A stretch of DNA of 64,000 nt from Angustibacter luteus (GTDB taxonomy: Bacteria > Actinomycetota > Actinomycetes > Actinomycetales > Angustibacteraceae): NCBI RefSeq assembly GCF_039541115.1, contig NZ_BAABFP010000002.1, forward strand, positions 868,001 to 932,000, in the 5' to 3' direction. The position numbers and the translations under genes were made by a program. This document shows positions 10,108-19,424 of the stretch, one piece after another; within the stretch, counting starts at the first letter, position 1; the number at the start of each line of letters is the position of its first letter. The notes beneath the pieces are model-generated. The model saw only the letters and a list, made by a program, of their open reading frames with translations, had not been told where the DNA came from and searched no databases.

Positions 10108-11019
10108 TCAGGCGTAGGTGACGCCGGTCAGCTCGACCGAGCGCTGCCAGAGCGCCGCGGCCAGGTCGGTGTCGTAGGCCGCATCGATCGCGGTGATCCG
10201 GGTCGGGAACCCGCGCCAGCCGCCCCACGACCCGGGGCCGAAGAACTCGGCGCCGCGGACGTCGGGCTCGGTGGCCGCGTAGAGCAGCGGCCACGCGCCG
10301 TGCGCCGCGGGCTGCCCGAGCAGCCCGGACCCGGCCGACATCACCCGACCGATCCACCCCGAGCCGGCCGGCCCGTTGCGGACCAGCTCCGTCGCCGCCC
10401 ACCCCGGGTGCGCGGCCACGCTCAGCAGGTCAAGACCCGCGCGGTCGGCGAACCGCTGCAGCTGCATCGTGAACAGCAGGTTCGCCAGCTTGCTCTGCCC
10501 GTACGCCCGCCACGGCTGGTACGACTGCTCGCTGTCCAGGTCGTCGAAGGCGATCCGGCCCATCCGGTGCGCGGGGCTGGACACGGTGACCACCCGCGCC
10601 GCCCCCAGGGCCGGCAGCAGCAGGCGGGTCAGCGCGAAGTGGCCCAGGTGGTTCGTGGCCAGCTGCAGCTCGTGGCCGTCCGCGGACACCTGACGGGTGG
10701 ACGGCGCCATCACCCCGGCGTTGTTGAGCAGGATGTCGATCCGTGGCTGGTCGAGCAGCAGGTCGGCGGCGAACTCGCGCACCGACGCCAGCGCGGCCAG
10801 GTCCAGTGAACGCAGCTCGACAGTGGCGCCGGGCACCCGAACCCGCACCTGCCCGAGCGCCTCGTCGCCACGCTGGGGGTTGCGGCAGGCCAGCACGACG
10901 TGTGCGCCGTGCCGGGCCAGCTCGACGCTCGCCTCCAGCCCGACGCCGCTGTTCGCGCCCGTCACCACGGCCACCCGACCGTGCAGGTCACCGATGCGTT
11001 CCGACGTCCAGCCGCTCAT
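10108..11019 (-). CDS. Short-chain dehydrogenase/reductase (retinol dehydrogenase-like)
   Basis: TGANSGVG, NNAGVM, NHLGHF, YGQSKLAN, AHPG. Confidence 0.93.
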   Translation of the reverse strand: MSGWTSERIGDLHGRVAVVTGANSGVGLEASVELARHGAHVVLACRNPQRGDEALGQVRVRVPGATVELRSLDLAALASVREFAADLLLDQPRIDILLNNAGVMAPSTRQVSADGHELQLATNHLGHFALTRLLLPALGAARVVTVSSPAHRMGRIAFDDLDSEQSYQPWRAYGQSKLANLLFTMQLQRFADRAGLDLLSVAAHPGWAATELVRNGPAGSGWIGRVMSAGSGLLGQPAAHGAWPLLYAATEPDVRGAEFFGPGSWGGWRGFPTRITAIDAAYDTDLAAALWQRSVELTGVTYA

Positions 11020-12824
11020 CCGGCCGCCTCCGTCGCACGCTGGGTGGCCCAGCGCAGCGCTCCTGGGGCGTCGGCCGGGACGGCGGGACGGGACGGCACC
11101 ACCGGGTCGACCCGCCGGTAGGGCTCGTCAATGGCCGGTCGCGGGTCACGCTCACCGGCGTTGGGCCACAACGACATCGCCCGCTCAGCCTGCGCCGTGA
11201 TGGTCAGCGACGGGTTCACCCCGAGGTTCGCCGAGACCGTCGACCCGTCGACCACGTGCAGCCCGGGGTAGCCGTGCACCCGCAGGAACGGGTCCACCAC
11301 GCCCTGCTCGGGCGTCCGTCCGATCACGCAGCCGCCGAGGAAGTGCGCGGTCAGCGGCACGTTCGCCAGGTCGCCGAGGGTCCCACCCGGTTCGGTCCGG
11401 ACCCCGGTGCGCTCCTGCAGGCGGGCCGCCAACCGGCGCACTGCGCTGTGCCCGACCGGGATCCACGACGGGTTCGGCTCCCCGTGACCCTGCCGGGAGG
11501 TGAGTCCGGTCCGGGCGAACCCCAACCGGCCGAGCAGCCGGTGCGTCCGCGGCGACACCGTGATCGAGTTGTCCAGCGACTGCATCACCAGCCCGATCAC
11601 CGCTCGCTCACTGAACCGGCGCACCGACAGCGAGCGGACGAACACGTCGGGGTGCCGCGCCGCCAGACCCACGGACCGGACGACGCGCGGCACCCGGCCG
11701 CCACCGTCCACGAGCATCCCGGCGAGCAGCCCCATCGCGTTGGAACCCTTGCCGTAGCGGACGTTCTCCACATGCGTGTCGTCGTCCGGGTGGAACGAGG
11801 ACGTGATCGCCACCCCGCGGGTGAGGTCGACGCCGTCCGGCACCCGTTCCGTCATCGCACCGAGCAGCGCCTCGGAGTTGGTCCGGGTCAGGACGCCGAG
11901 GCGCCCCGACAGGGCCGGCAGCCGGCCCTCGGCGCGCATCCGGTGCAGCAGGCGCTGGGTACCCCACGTGCCGGCGGCGAGCACCACGTGCCGGGCCGTC
12001 GTGCTGCGACGGTCCTTGCGCAGCCACGCGCCGGTCCGCTCGGTGGTCACCCGGTACCCCACTGACGGGTCACCCGGATCCAGCGGGACGACGTCCACGA
12101 CCGTGCGCAGTGGCTCCACCCGGGCGCCGATCGACTCCGCCAGCGCCAGGTAGTTCTTCACCAGCGTGTTCTTGGCGCCGACCCGGCAGCCCACCATGCA
12201 GTTGCCGCACTCGGTACACCCGGTGCGCTCCGGCCCGGCCCCGCCGAAGAACGGGTCCGGCACCGTGACGCCGGGCTCGCGGCGCTGCTGGCCGTCCGCG
12301 CCCACCCGACCGAAGAAGACGCCCACCGGCGTCTTGCGGAAGGTGTGACCCACACCCATCTCGTCCGCGACGGCGCGCATGATCTGCTCGACCACGCCCT
12401 CGCACGGGTTGGTGACCACGCCGAGCATCCGCGCCGCCTGGTCGTAGTGCGGGGTGAGCTCGTCGGCCCAGTCGGTGATCCCGGCCCACTGCGCGTCCTC
12501 GAAGAACTGCTTGGGCGGCACGTACAACGTGTTGGCGTAGTTCAGCGAACCACCGCCCACCCCCGCACCGGCCAGCAGCACGACGTCCGGCAGCCGGTGG
12601 ATGCGTTGCACGCCAAAGCATCCGAGCCGTGGCGCCCACAGGAAGCGGCGCAGGTCCCACGACGTCTTGGCCAGCTCGTCGTCCGCGAACCGGCGCCCGG
12701 ACTCGACGACCAGGACGTCATACCCCTTCTCGCGCAAGCGAAGCGCGGCGACGGAGCCGCCGAAGCCGGACCCCACCACCAGGACGTCGACGTCGGTGTC
12801 GACGGACTGGGCCGGAGCGGTCAC
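11016..12824 (-). CDS. GMC family oxidoreductase (ChoD/cholesterol oxidase-like)
   Basis: VVGSGFGGS, GAGVGGGS, CTECGNCMVGC, TAHFLGGC, VVDGS...NPSLTI. Confidence 0.92.
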   Translation of the reverse strand: MTAPAQSVDTDVDVLVVGSGFGGSVAALRLREKGYDVLVVESGRRFADDELAKTSWDLRRFLWAPRLGCFGVQRIHRLPDVVLLAGAGVGGGSLNYANTLYVPPKQFFEDAQWAGITDWADELTPHYDQAARMLGVVTNPCEGVVEQIMRAVADEMGVGHTFRKTPVGVFFGRVGADGQQRREPGVTVPDPFFGGAGPERTGCTECGNCMVGCRVGAKNTLVKNYLALAESIGARVEPLRTVVDVVPLDPGDPSVGYRVTTERTGAWLRKDRRSTTARHVVLAAGTWGTQRLLHRMRAEGRLPALSGRLGVLTRTNSEALLGAMTERVPDGVDLTRGVAITSSFHPDDDTHVENVRYGKGSNAMGLLAGMLVDGGGRVPRVVRSVGLAARHPDVFVRSLSVRRFSERAVIGLVMQSLDNSITVSPRTHRLLGRLGFARTGLTSRQGHGEPNPSWIPVGHSAVRRLAARLQERTGVRTEPGGTLGDLANVPLTAHFLGGCVIGRTPEQGVVDPFLRVHGYPGLHVVDGSTVSANLGVNPSLTITAQAERAMSLWPNAGERDPRPAIDEPYRRVDPVVPSRPAVPADAPGALRWATQRATEAAG

Positions 12825-14410
12825 CGGACGCCGGCCCGCTTCATCGCCTTAAGGGCGACCGTCAGCGTCTTGGCCCAGGCGCCGTAGCTCAGGCCGAGCG
12901 GTGGGCCGAAGCCCAGCAGCCGCTGCACCGTCACGTTCTGCGCCTCGGTGTACTTCTGCACGCCCTCGATCCCGTGCCGGCGGCCGAGTCCGCTGGACCG
13001 CATGCCACCCATCGGCGCCCCGACGCTGCCCCAGGCCGCGGCGTACGCCTCGTTGATGTTCACGGTGCCGGCCTTGACCCGGGCGGCGAGGCGGCGACCG
13101 CGAGCGATGTCCCGGGTCCAGATGCTCGCGTTGAGTCCGTAGTCGCCCTCGTTCGCGAACCGCACCGCCGCGTCGTCGCCGCTGACCCGGTAGACGGACA
13201 CGACGGGCCCGAACGTCTCCTGGGCGTAGCAGGTCATGGCCTCGGTCACGCCCTCGAGCACGGTCGGCTCGTAGAACAGCGGGCCGAGGTCCGGCCGCGG
13301 CCGGCCGCCGGCGAGCACCCGGGCTCCGCCGGCGATCGCGTCGTCCACGTGCGTGGTCACCGTCTCGAGCTGCTGCGCGGAGATCAGCGACCCGACGTCC
13401 ACGCTGAAGTCCATGGCCGCACCGAGCCGCAGCGCACGCACCCGGGCGACGAAGCGGTCCAGGAAGGCGTCCGCGATCTCCTCGTGCAGCAGCATCCGCT
13501 CCACGGAGATGCACAGCTGCCCGGTGCTGGAGAAGCAGGCCCGGACGGCCCCCTCGGCGGCCCGGTCCAGGTCGGCGTCCTCGGCGACGTAGAGCGCGTT
13601 CTTGCCGCCGAGCTCCAGGCTCGCTCCGACGAGGCGTCGTCCGGACTGCTCGGCGACTAAGCGACCGGTCCGCGTCGACCCGGTGAAGCACACGTAGTCG
13701 GCCTGCTCCACGATCGCGGTGCCCACCACCGGCCCGTCACCCACGACGACGCGGACCAGGCCCTCGGGGAACCCGGCCTCGCTGAGCAGCTCGAGCCCGC
13801 GCAGGGCCGTGAGCACGGTCTGCGAGTCCGGCTTGAGGACCACCGCGTTGCCGGCCAGCAGGGCGGGCAGGGCGTCGGACAGCGACAACGTGAGCGGGTA
13901 GTTCCACGGCGCGATGATGCCGATGACGCCCTTGGGCAGCCGCTGCTCGATCGACTGGGAGAGAACGGGGAACGCCCCCTGGCGCTTGCGCGGCCGCAGG
14001 TAGGAGTGCGCGCGGCGGCCGTAGTGCCGGGCGACGATGGCGACGTCCAGGATCTCCTCGAACGCGTGCGCGCGGGACTTGCCGTTCTCGATCTGGATCA
14101 GGTCGAGCAGGTCGTCCTGGGCATCCAGCACCAGGTCGTGCAGGCGCAGCAGGCAGCGCGCGCGATCGGCCAGGTCCCACTGCGCCCAGGAGCGCTGCGC
14201 GGCCCGGGCCCCCTCGACAGCCACCTCGACGTCGCGCGGGGTGGACACCGGCAGCGCCGCGACGGGAGCACCGGTGAAGGGAGCGTGGTGGGTGCGCACC
14301 TCGGCGCGGGGGCTCGCCACGATCCGGCGGGCCAGCCGACGGGCCAGCGCGGGGTCGACCGCGTAGGTGGCCGCGGCGTCCGTCTCGGGATCGGCGATCA
14401 GGTCGCTCAT
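12821..14410 (-). CDS. Aldehyde dehydrogenase, succinate-semialdehyde dehydrogenase (GabD2)-like
   Basis: PWNYP, FTGST, LELGGKN, GQLCISVER, ETFGP, SGLGRRHG. Confidence 0.9.
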   Translation of the reverse strand: MSDLIADPETDAAATYAVDPALARRLARRIVASPRAEVRTHHAPFTGAPVAALPVSTPRDVEVAVEGARAAQRSWAQWDLADRARCLLRLHDLVLDAQDDLLDLIQIENGKSRAHAFEEILDVAIVARHYGRRAHSYLRPRKRQGAFPVLSQSIEQRLPKGVIGIIAPWNYPLTLSLSDALPALLAGNAVVLKPDSQTVLTALRGLELLSEAGFPEGLVRVVVGDGPVVGTAIVEQADYVCFTGSTRTGRLVAEQSGRRLVGASLELGGKNALYVAEDADLDRAAEGAVRACFSSTGQLCISVERMLLHEEIADAFLDRFVARVRALRLGAAMDFSVDVGSLISAQQLETVTTHVDDAIAGGARVLAGGRPRPDLGPLFYEPTVLEGVTEAMTCYAQETFGPVVSVYRVSGDDAAVRFANEGDYGLNASIWTRDIARGRRLAARVKAGTVNINEAYAAAWGSVGAPMGGMRSSGLGRRHGIEGVQKYTEAQNVTVQRLLGFGPPLGLSYGAWAKTLTVALKAMKRAGVR

Positions 14411-14469
14411 GCCCTCACCCTAAGCCCCGCCTCAAGCCCTCGCTACTAGCGAGTAACCCACCGCTTCAG

Positions 14470-14532
14470 CGCACTATTCGCGCTTGACGGTGCTATTCGG
14501 GCCCGAAAAGCACGTCAAGCGCGAATGGTGCG
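14470..14532. repeat. REP-like long palindrome, family B copy 1
   Basis: CGCACTATTCGCGCTTGAC ... GTCAAGCGCGAATGGTGCG with inner GTGCTATTCGGG/CCCGAAAAGCAC stem; the right arm recurs at 44358-44389. Confidence 0.8.
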
Positions 14533-14563
14533 GGGGTGGGGGCCGGGGGGTGGGGCCGGGGGG

Positions 14564-15685
14564 TCAGGCCGGGGTGTACGGCGCGACGACGACCTCGACG
14601 CGCTGGAACTCCTTGAGGTCGGAGTAGCCGGACGTCGCCATCGCCCGGCGCAGGGCACCGATCAGGTTGGTCTTGCCGTCGGCGAACCGGCCCGGCCCCT
14701 CCAGGATCTCGGTCAGCGAGCCGAGCGTGCCGACCGCGACCCGCTCGCCGCGCGGCAGCTCGGGGTGGTGCGCCTCGGGCCCCCAGTGCCAGCCCCGCCC
14801 CGGCGCCTCGACGGCGCGGGCCAGCGCGGCGCCCAGCATCACGGCGTCCGCCCCACAGGCGATGGCCTTGACCAGCTCACCGGACCGACCCATCCCGCCG
14901 TCCGCGATGACGTGCACGTACCGGCCGCCGGACTCGTCCATGTAGTCCCGACGGGCGGCCGCGACGTCCGCGACCGCGCTGGCCATCGGCACGTGGATGC
15001 CCAGCGTGGTGCGGGTGGTGTGCGCGGCGCCACCGCCGAAACCGACGAGGACGCCGGCCGCGCCCGTGCGCATCAGGTGCAGGGCCGCGGTGTACGTCGC
15101 GCAGCCGCCGACGATGACGGGCACGTCGAGCTCGTAGATGAAACGCTTGAGGTTCAACGGTTCTGCGCGGCCGGACACGTGCTCGGCGCTCACCGTCGTG
15201 CCGCGGATGACGAACAGGTCGACCCCGGCGTCCACCACCGTCTTCCACAGCTGCTGGGTGCGCTGGGGGGTGAGTGCCCCCGCGACGGTGACGCCGGACT
15301 CGCGCACCTCCCGCAGGCGCTCGGTCACCAGCTCGGGGTTGATCGGCGCGTCGTAGATGGCCTGCATCCGCCGGGTCGCCGTGGCTTCGTCCAGCCCGGC
15401 GATCTCGGCCAGCAGCGGCTCGGGGTCGTCGTAGCGCGTCCACAGCCCCTCGAGGTCGAGGACGCCGAGGCCGCCCGCCTTCCCCAGGGCGATGGCGGTG
15501 GCCGGCGACATCACCGAGTCCATCGGCGCCGCGATCACCGGAAGCTCGAACCGGTAGGCGTCGATCTGCCACGCGACCGAGACCTCCTGCGGGTCCCGGG
15601 TACGCCGACTCGGCACCACCGCGACGTCGTCGAAGGAGTACGCCCGTCGCCCGCGCTTGCCGCGCCCGATCTCGATCTCGCTCAC
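14564..15685 (-). CDS. guaB3: GuaB3-family IMP dehydrogenase-related protein
   Basis: EIEIGRGKRGRRAYSFDDVAVVPSRRTRDP N-terminus, no CBS domains, VHVIADGG, GYSDLKEFQRVE; start GTG 15685. Confidence 0.93.
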   Translation of the reverse strand: MSEIEIGRGKRGRRAYSFDDVAVVPSRRTRDPQEVSVAWQIDAYRFELPVIAAPMDSVMSPATAIALGKAGGLGVLDLEGLWTRYDDPEPLLAEIAGLDEATATRRMQAIYDAPINPELVTERLREVRESGVTVAGALTPQRTQQLWKTVVDAGVDLFVIRGTTVSAEHVSGRAEPLNLKRFIYELDVPVIVGGCATYTAALHLMRTGAAGVLVGFGGGAAHTTRTTLGIHVPMASAVADVAAARRDYMDESGGRYVHVIADGGMGRSGELVKAIACGADAVMLGAALARAVEAPGRGWHWGPEAHHPELPRGERVAVGTLGSLTEILEGPGRFADGKTNLIGALRRAMATSGYSDLKEFQRVEVVVAPYTPA

Positions 15686-15740
15686 GCGGTTCAGGCTACC
15701 GGTCACCCACGGACGGTCCACTCGCCCCTACGCTGACGAC

Positions 15741-16991
15741 GTGGGCCAACTGAACTGGGCAGCGAACGTCGACTACGGCACCGACCGCGTGCTGCGCCCG
15801 ACCAGCGTCGGCGAGCTGCAGGAAGCGGTGCGGCACAGCCGAAAGCTGCGCCTGGTCGGCTCCCGGCACTCCTTCAGCACGCTGGTCAGCACGCCCGACA
15901 CCCTGCTCTCGCTCGCTGACCTGCCGGTCAGTGTCGAGGTGAGCGCGGACGGCCGGACGGCCACCGTGCCTGGCGCCGCCACCTTCGGCGCGGTCACCGC
16001 TGCCCTGAACGAGCACGGCGTCGCGCTGCCGGCACTGGCCTCGCTGCCGCACATCTCGGTGGCCGGGGCCGTGGCGACCGGGACGCACGGCTCGGGTGAC
16101 GCCGCGCAGCCGCTCGCCGGTTCCGTCGCCGCGGTCGAGCTCGTGCAGGCGGACGGCGAGCTGGTGACGGTGCGCCGCGGCGACCCGGACTTCCACGCCT
16201 GCGTGGTGAGCCTCGGTGCGGTCGGCGCGGTCGTCCGACTCACCTTCGATGTCGTCCCGGCCTACGACGTCCGCCAGGACGTGTACGACGAGGTGCATGT
16301 CGGCCCGTACGGAGACGACCTGCTGGACGCGCTGGGCTCGGCCTACAGCGTGAGCCTGTTCAGCACGTTCGGCTCCGACCGCTTCGCCATGGCCTGGCTC
16401 AAGCGCCGGGCCGAGGACGGCGGGTTCGAGGCCCCCGCACCGCACTGGCGCGACGGCGTGCTGGCGGACGGCGCGCGGCACCCCGTGCCGGGGCAGCCCC
16501 CGATGGGCACCACGCGGCAGAGCACCGCGGGGCCCTGGCACGAGCGACTGCCGCACTTCCGGCTGGACGTGCCGCCGAGCAGCCGCGGGGCCGAGCTTCA
16601 GTCCGAGCTGCTCGTGCCACGCCAGCACGCCCCCGCGGCGTGGCGCGCCCTGCTCGAGGTTCGCGACCTCATCGCCCCGCTGCTGCAGATCTCCGAGGTC
16701 CGCAGCATGGCCGGGGACGACCACTGGCTCAGCCCGGCGTACGGCCGGGACACCGTGGGCTTCCACTTCACCTGGGTGCCCGACCAGCCGGCGGTCGAAC
16801 GGGCGCTGGCCGTCATCGAGCCGCTGATGGCGGAGTTCGACGCGCGACCGCACTGGGGCAAGGTGTTCGTCACCGACCCGCGCGAGGTGGGGCGACACTA
16901 CCCGCGGCTGGGCGACTTCGCCGCCGTCGTCCGGCGGCGCGACCCGCTGGGCCTGTTCCGCAACGCCTTCGTGGACCGGCTGATCGGCTGA
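15741..16991 (+). CDS. FAD-linked alditol/xylitol oxidase (AldO-like)
   Basis: NWA.N start, GSRHSFS (flavinylated His), LASLPHISVAGAVATGTHGSG, ELQSE, SEVR, ARPHWGK. Confidence 0.9.
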   Translation: MGQLNWAANVDYGTDRVLRPTSVGELQEAVRHSRKLRLVGSRHSFSTLVSTPDTLLSLADLPVSVEVSADGRTATVPGAATFGAVTAALNEHGVALPALASLPHISVAGAVATGTHGSGDAAQPLAGSVAAVELVQADGELVTVRRGDPDFHACVVSLGAVGAVVRLTFDVVPAYDVRQDVYDEVHVGPYGDDLLDALGSAYSVSLFSTFGSDRFAMAWLKRRAEDGGFEAPAPHWRDGVLADGARHPVPGQPPMGTTRQSTAGPWHERLPHFRLDVPPSSRGAELQSELLVPRQHAPAAWRALLEVRDLIAPLLQISEVRSMAGDDHWLSPAYGRDTVGFHFTWVPDQPAVERALAVIEPLMAEFDARPHWGKVFVTDPREVGRHYPRLGDFAAVVRRRDPLGLFRNAFVDRLIG

Positions 16992-17009
16992 CCGGCTGAT
17001 CGGCAGCAC

Positions 17010-17510
17010 TCAGGCCGGGACGACGGCGCCGCCCTCGACCTTCACCGGGAACGCCGCCAACGGCTTGGGGGCCGGACCGGAGATGTTCTTGCCGGTCAGG
17101 TCGTACGACGACTGGTGGCACGGGCAGTCCAGCTGCTTGTCCCCCGGTGCCACGGTGCAGCCCATGTGCGTGCACTTCGCGTTCAACCCGACCACCTCAC
17201 CGGCGGTGGGCTGGGTCAGCAGGATCTTGGTGCCGTCCGCGGCCTGCGCCGAGACCGCGCCGCCGACGGGGATGTCCGCGACCTGGGCGAGCGGCGCCGC
17301 GGTCGGGTCGGACCCGCCGTCCGAGCTCGACGAGCTCGAGCTGCTGGACGAGGCACCGGCCGAGGGCGCCGCGTCGTCGCCGGACCCGCAGGCCGCGACG
17401 ACCGTGGTCGCCGCGATGGCCAGCCCGGCGCCGAGCACCGGTCGGCGCGGGAGGACGGGCCCGGACCGCTCGGCCTCGGCGAGCGGGTGGCCAGGATGCT
17501 TCGAGGTCAT
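17010..17510 (-). CDS. Exported Rieske (2Fe-2S) protein, probably a Tat lipoprotein
   Basis: RR..L signal, VVAAC lipobox-like, Ser linker, CTHMGC and CPCHQS Rieske boxes, GPAPKPL. Confidence 0.9.
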   Translation of the reverse strand: MTSKHPGHPLAEAERSGPVLPRRPVLGAGLAIAATTVVAACGSGDDAAPSAGASSSSSSSSSSDGGSDPTAAPLAQVADIPVGGAVSAQAADGTKILLTQPTAGEVVGLNAKCTHMGCTVAPGDKQLDCPCHQSSYDLTGKNISGPAPKPLAAFPVKVEGGAVVPA

Positions 17511-17560
17511 GTCTGCTCGTCTCGTCGGTGGGGCCGCGGTCGGCCCCGTCCCCCAGTGGC

Positions 17561-17585
17561 ACGGGACCCAGCCCCAACCGGTTCA
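17561..17585 (-). promoter_or_regulatory. Candidate ECF (SigL/SigU-type) promoter TGAACC-N16-CGT for the Rieske gene
   Basis: Minus strand reads TGAACC ggttggggctgggtcc CGTG, about 50 nt upstream of the ATG. Confidence 0.45.
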
Positions 17586-17599
17586 ACGAGACGTTTCGG

Positions 17600-19201
17600 T
17601 CATCCGTGGCGAACGGCCCGCAGCACCGCGTCGTGCAGGGTGACCTCGCGTCCGTCGGGGTCGCTCGCCTGCCGGGGGCGGGCCTCGGCGACCACGACGT
17701 CCCACTGCCCGGGGTCCAGGGTCTCGGCGACCTCCTCGGCCGGGTAGAACATCCCCGGCACGTGGTGGCGCGGCATGGTCGTCGCCAGGTCGAGGATGTG
17801 GTGCCCGACGATGAGTAGCGTCCCGCCGGGCGCGACGGCCTGGGCGAGCTGGGCGAACAGCGCGACCCGGTCCTCCCGCGGCAGGTGCATGAAGTGCGCC
17901 GTCACCAGGTCGAAGCGCTGGTCCGCCGCCGTCCAGCGCGTCAGGTCCGTGTGCGTCCAGGTGATCCGCTCCGCGACAGCGGGGCCGGCCGCCTCGGCGT
18001 GGCCCGCCGCGCGGGCCAGCGCCACCGTCGAGAAGTCGGCGCCGGTGACCCGCCAGCCCCGCTCGGCCAGCCAGATCGAGTCGGCGCCCTCTCCGCAGCC
18101 GACCTCGAGCGCGGACCCGGGCTCAAGGTCGGCGACCTCGGCGACGAGCTGCGCGTTGGGTCGCCCGCTCCAGACGGAGTCGGCAGAACGGTAGCGGTCC
18201 TCCCACGACGCCTCGTCGAACTCCATCGCGCCGTGCTGGTGCTGGCCGCCCGCGGCCACGGCGGCGGCGGTCTCCTCCATGATGAGGTCGGCGTTCAGCG
18301 CCGCCCCGGCGTTGAACCCGGCGGCGGCCGAGCCGATCACGGTGGCCCGGGGGTCCGTGACGTTGCCGGCCACGTAGACCCCAGGGACCGACGTCGCCCC
18401 CATGGGGTCCGCGGGCACGAGCGTGCCGATCAGGACGTCGCCCATGTGCACCTGCGCCGGCTCGATGCCCAGCGACGAGAGCGCTGCGGACCGGGCGTGC
18501 ACGCGGGCGCCCACCACCAGCGCGTCCAACGCCACGACGTCACCCGAGGCGAGTCGCGCACCGGTGAGCCGGTCGTCGTCCACCACGAGCTCGGCGACCT
18601 CGCCGTCCACCACGCGGATGCCGCGGGCGGCCAGCTGCGCCAGCGCCTCGTCGTCCGGGCCGGACGTGGTGTGCGAGAACAGGGTCACGTCTGCGGACCA
18701 CTGCCGGAACAGCAGAGCCTGGTGCACCGCGAGCGCACTGGTCGCCAGGACGCCGATGGCCTGGTCGCGCACCTCCCACCCGTGGCAGTAGGGGCAGTGC
18801 AGGACGTCGCGCCCCCACCGCTGAGCCAGGCCCGGCACGTCCGGGAGCTCGTCCACCAGGCCCGTGGTCACCAGCAGGCGCCGGGCGTGCACGGACCGGC
18901 CGTCGGCGAGCGTCACCGCGAAGGCCGTGCCGCCGTGCACCGCGACGGTCTGCGCCGAGACCACCTCGCCGTCGACGACCTCGCCGCCGTAGGACGCCAC
19001 CTCGGCGCGGCCGATCTCGAGCAGCTCGAGCGGGCTCGTTCCCTCGCGGCCGAGGTAGTTGTGCACGTGCCCGGCCGGCGCGTTGCGCGGCGACCCGGCG
19101 TCCACCACCAGCACGGACCGGCGGGACCGGGCCAGCGCCAGCGCCCCACTCAGCCCGGCCGCGCCACCTCCCACGATCACCACGTCGTACGTCGAGTTCA
19201 T
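17600..19201 (-). CDS. Fusion of TrxB-like FAD/NAD(P) oxidoreductase and class I SAM methyltransferase
   Basis: DVVIVGGGAAG, HCPYCHGWE, GVYVAGN; C-terminal WEDRY..WSGRPN, ALEVGCGEG, LAERGW, FDLVTAHFMH. SD-like GAGGAG before ATG 19201. Confidence 0.92.
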   Translation of the reverse strand: MNSTYDVVIVGGGAAGLSGALALARSRRSVLVVDAGSPRNAPAGHVHNYLGREGTSPLELLEIGRAEVASYGGEVVDGEVVSAQTVAVHGGTAFAVTLADGRSVHARRLLVTTGLVDELPDVPGLAQRWGRDVLHCPYCHGWEVRDQAIGVLATSALAVHQALLFRQWSADVTLFSHTTSGPDDEALAQLAARGIRVVDGEVAELVVDDDRLTGARLASGDVVALDALVVGARVHARSAALSSLGIEPAQVHMGDVLIGTLVPADPMGATSVPGVYVAGNVTDPRATVIGSAAAGFNAGAALNADLIMEETAAAVAAGGQHQHGAMEFDEASWEDRYRSADSVWSGRPNAQLVAEVADLEPGSALEVGCGEGADSIWLAERGWRVTGADFSTVALARAAGHAEAAGPAVAERITWTHTDLTRWTAADQRFDLVTAHFMHLPREDRVALFAQLAQAVAPGGTLLIVGHHILDLATTMPRHHVPGMFYPAEEVAETLDPGQWDVVVAEARPRQASDPDGREVTLHDAVLRAVRHG

Positions 19202-19317
19202 CGTCGATCTCCTCAGCTCGCCGCGCCGGCCGGACGACGGCGCTGCCCTGAGCGTGCGCCTCCTGACCCGCATCGGGCAACTTCCCTTGCCAACCCAGCA
19301 ACTCCCCCGCCCTCACC

Positions 19318-19384
19318 CCCGCAGATGTCCCGACATGCGGGGCTATCCCGCCCACCTGAGCCCGAATGTCGGGACATCTGCGGG
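19318..19384. repeat. Perfect 19-bp inverted repeat (REP-like) in a divergent intergenic region
   Basis: CCCGCAGATGTCCCGACAT (19318-19336) / ATGTCGGGACATCTGCGGG (19366-19384). Confidence 0.8.
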
Positions 19385-19424
19385 AAGGCCGGGCGCGGGG
19401 TCCGCCGGGTGGCAGGATCGGCGC

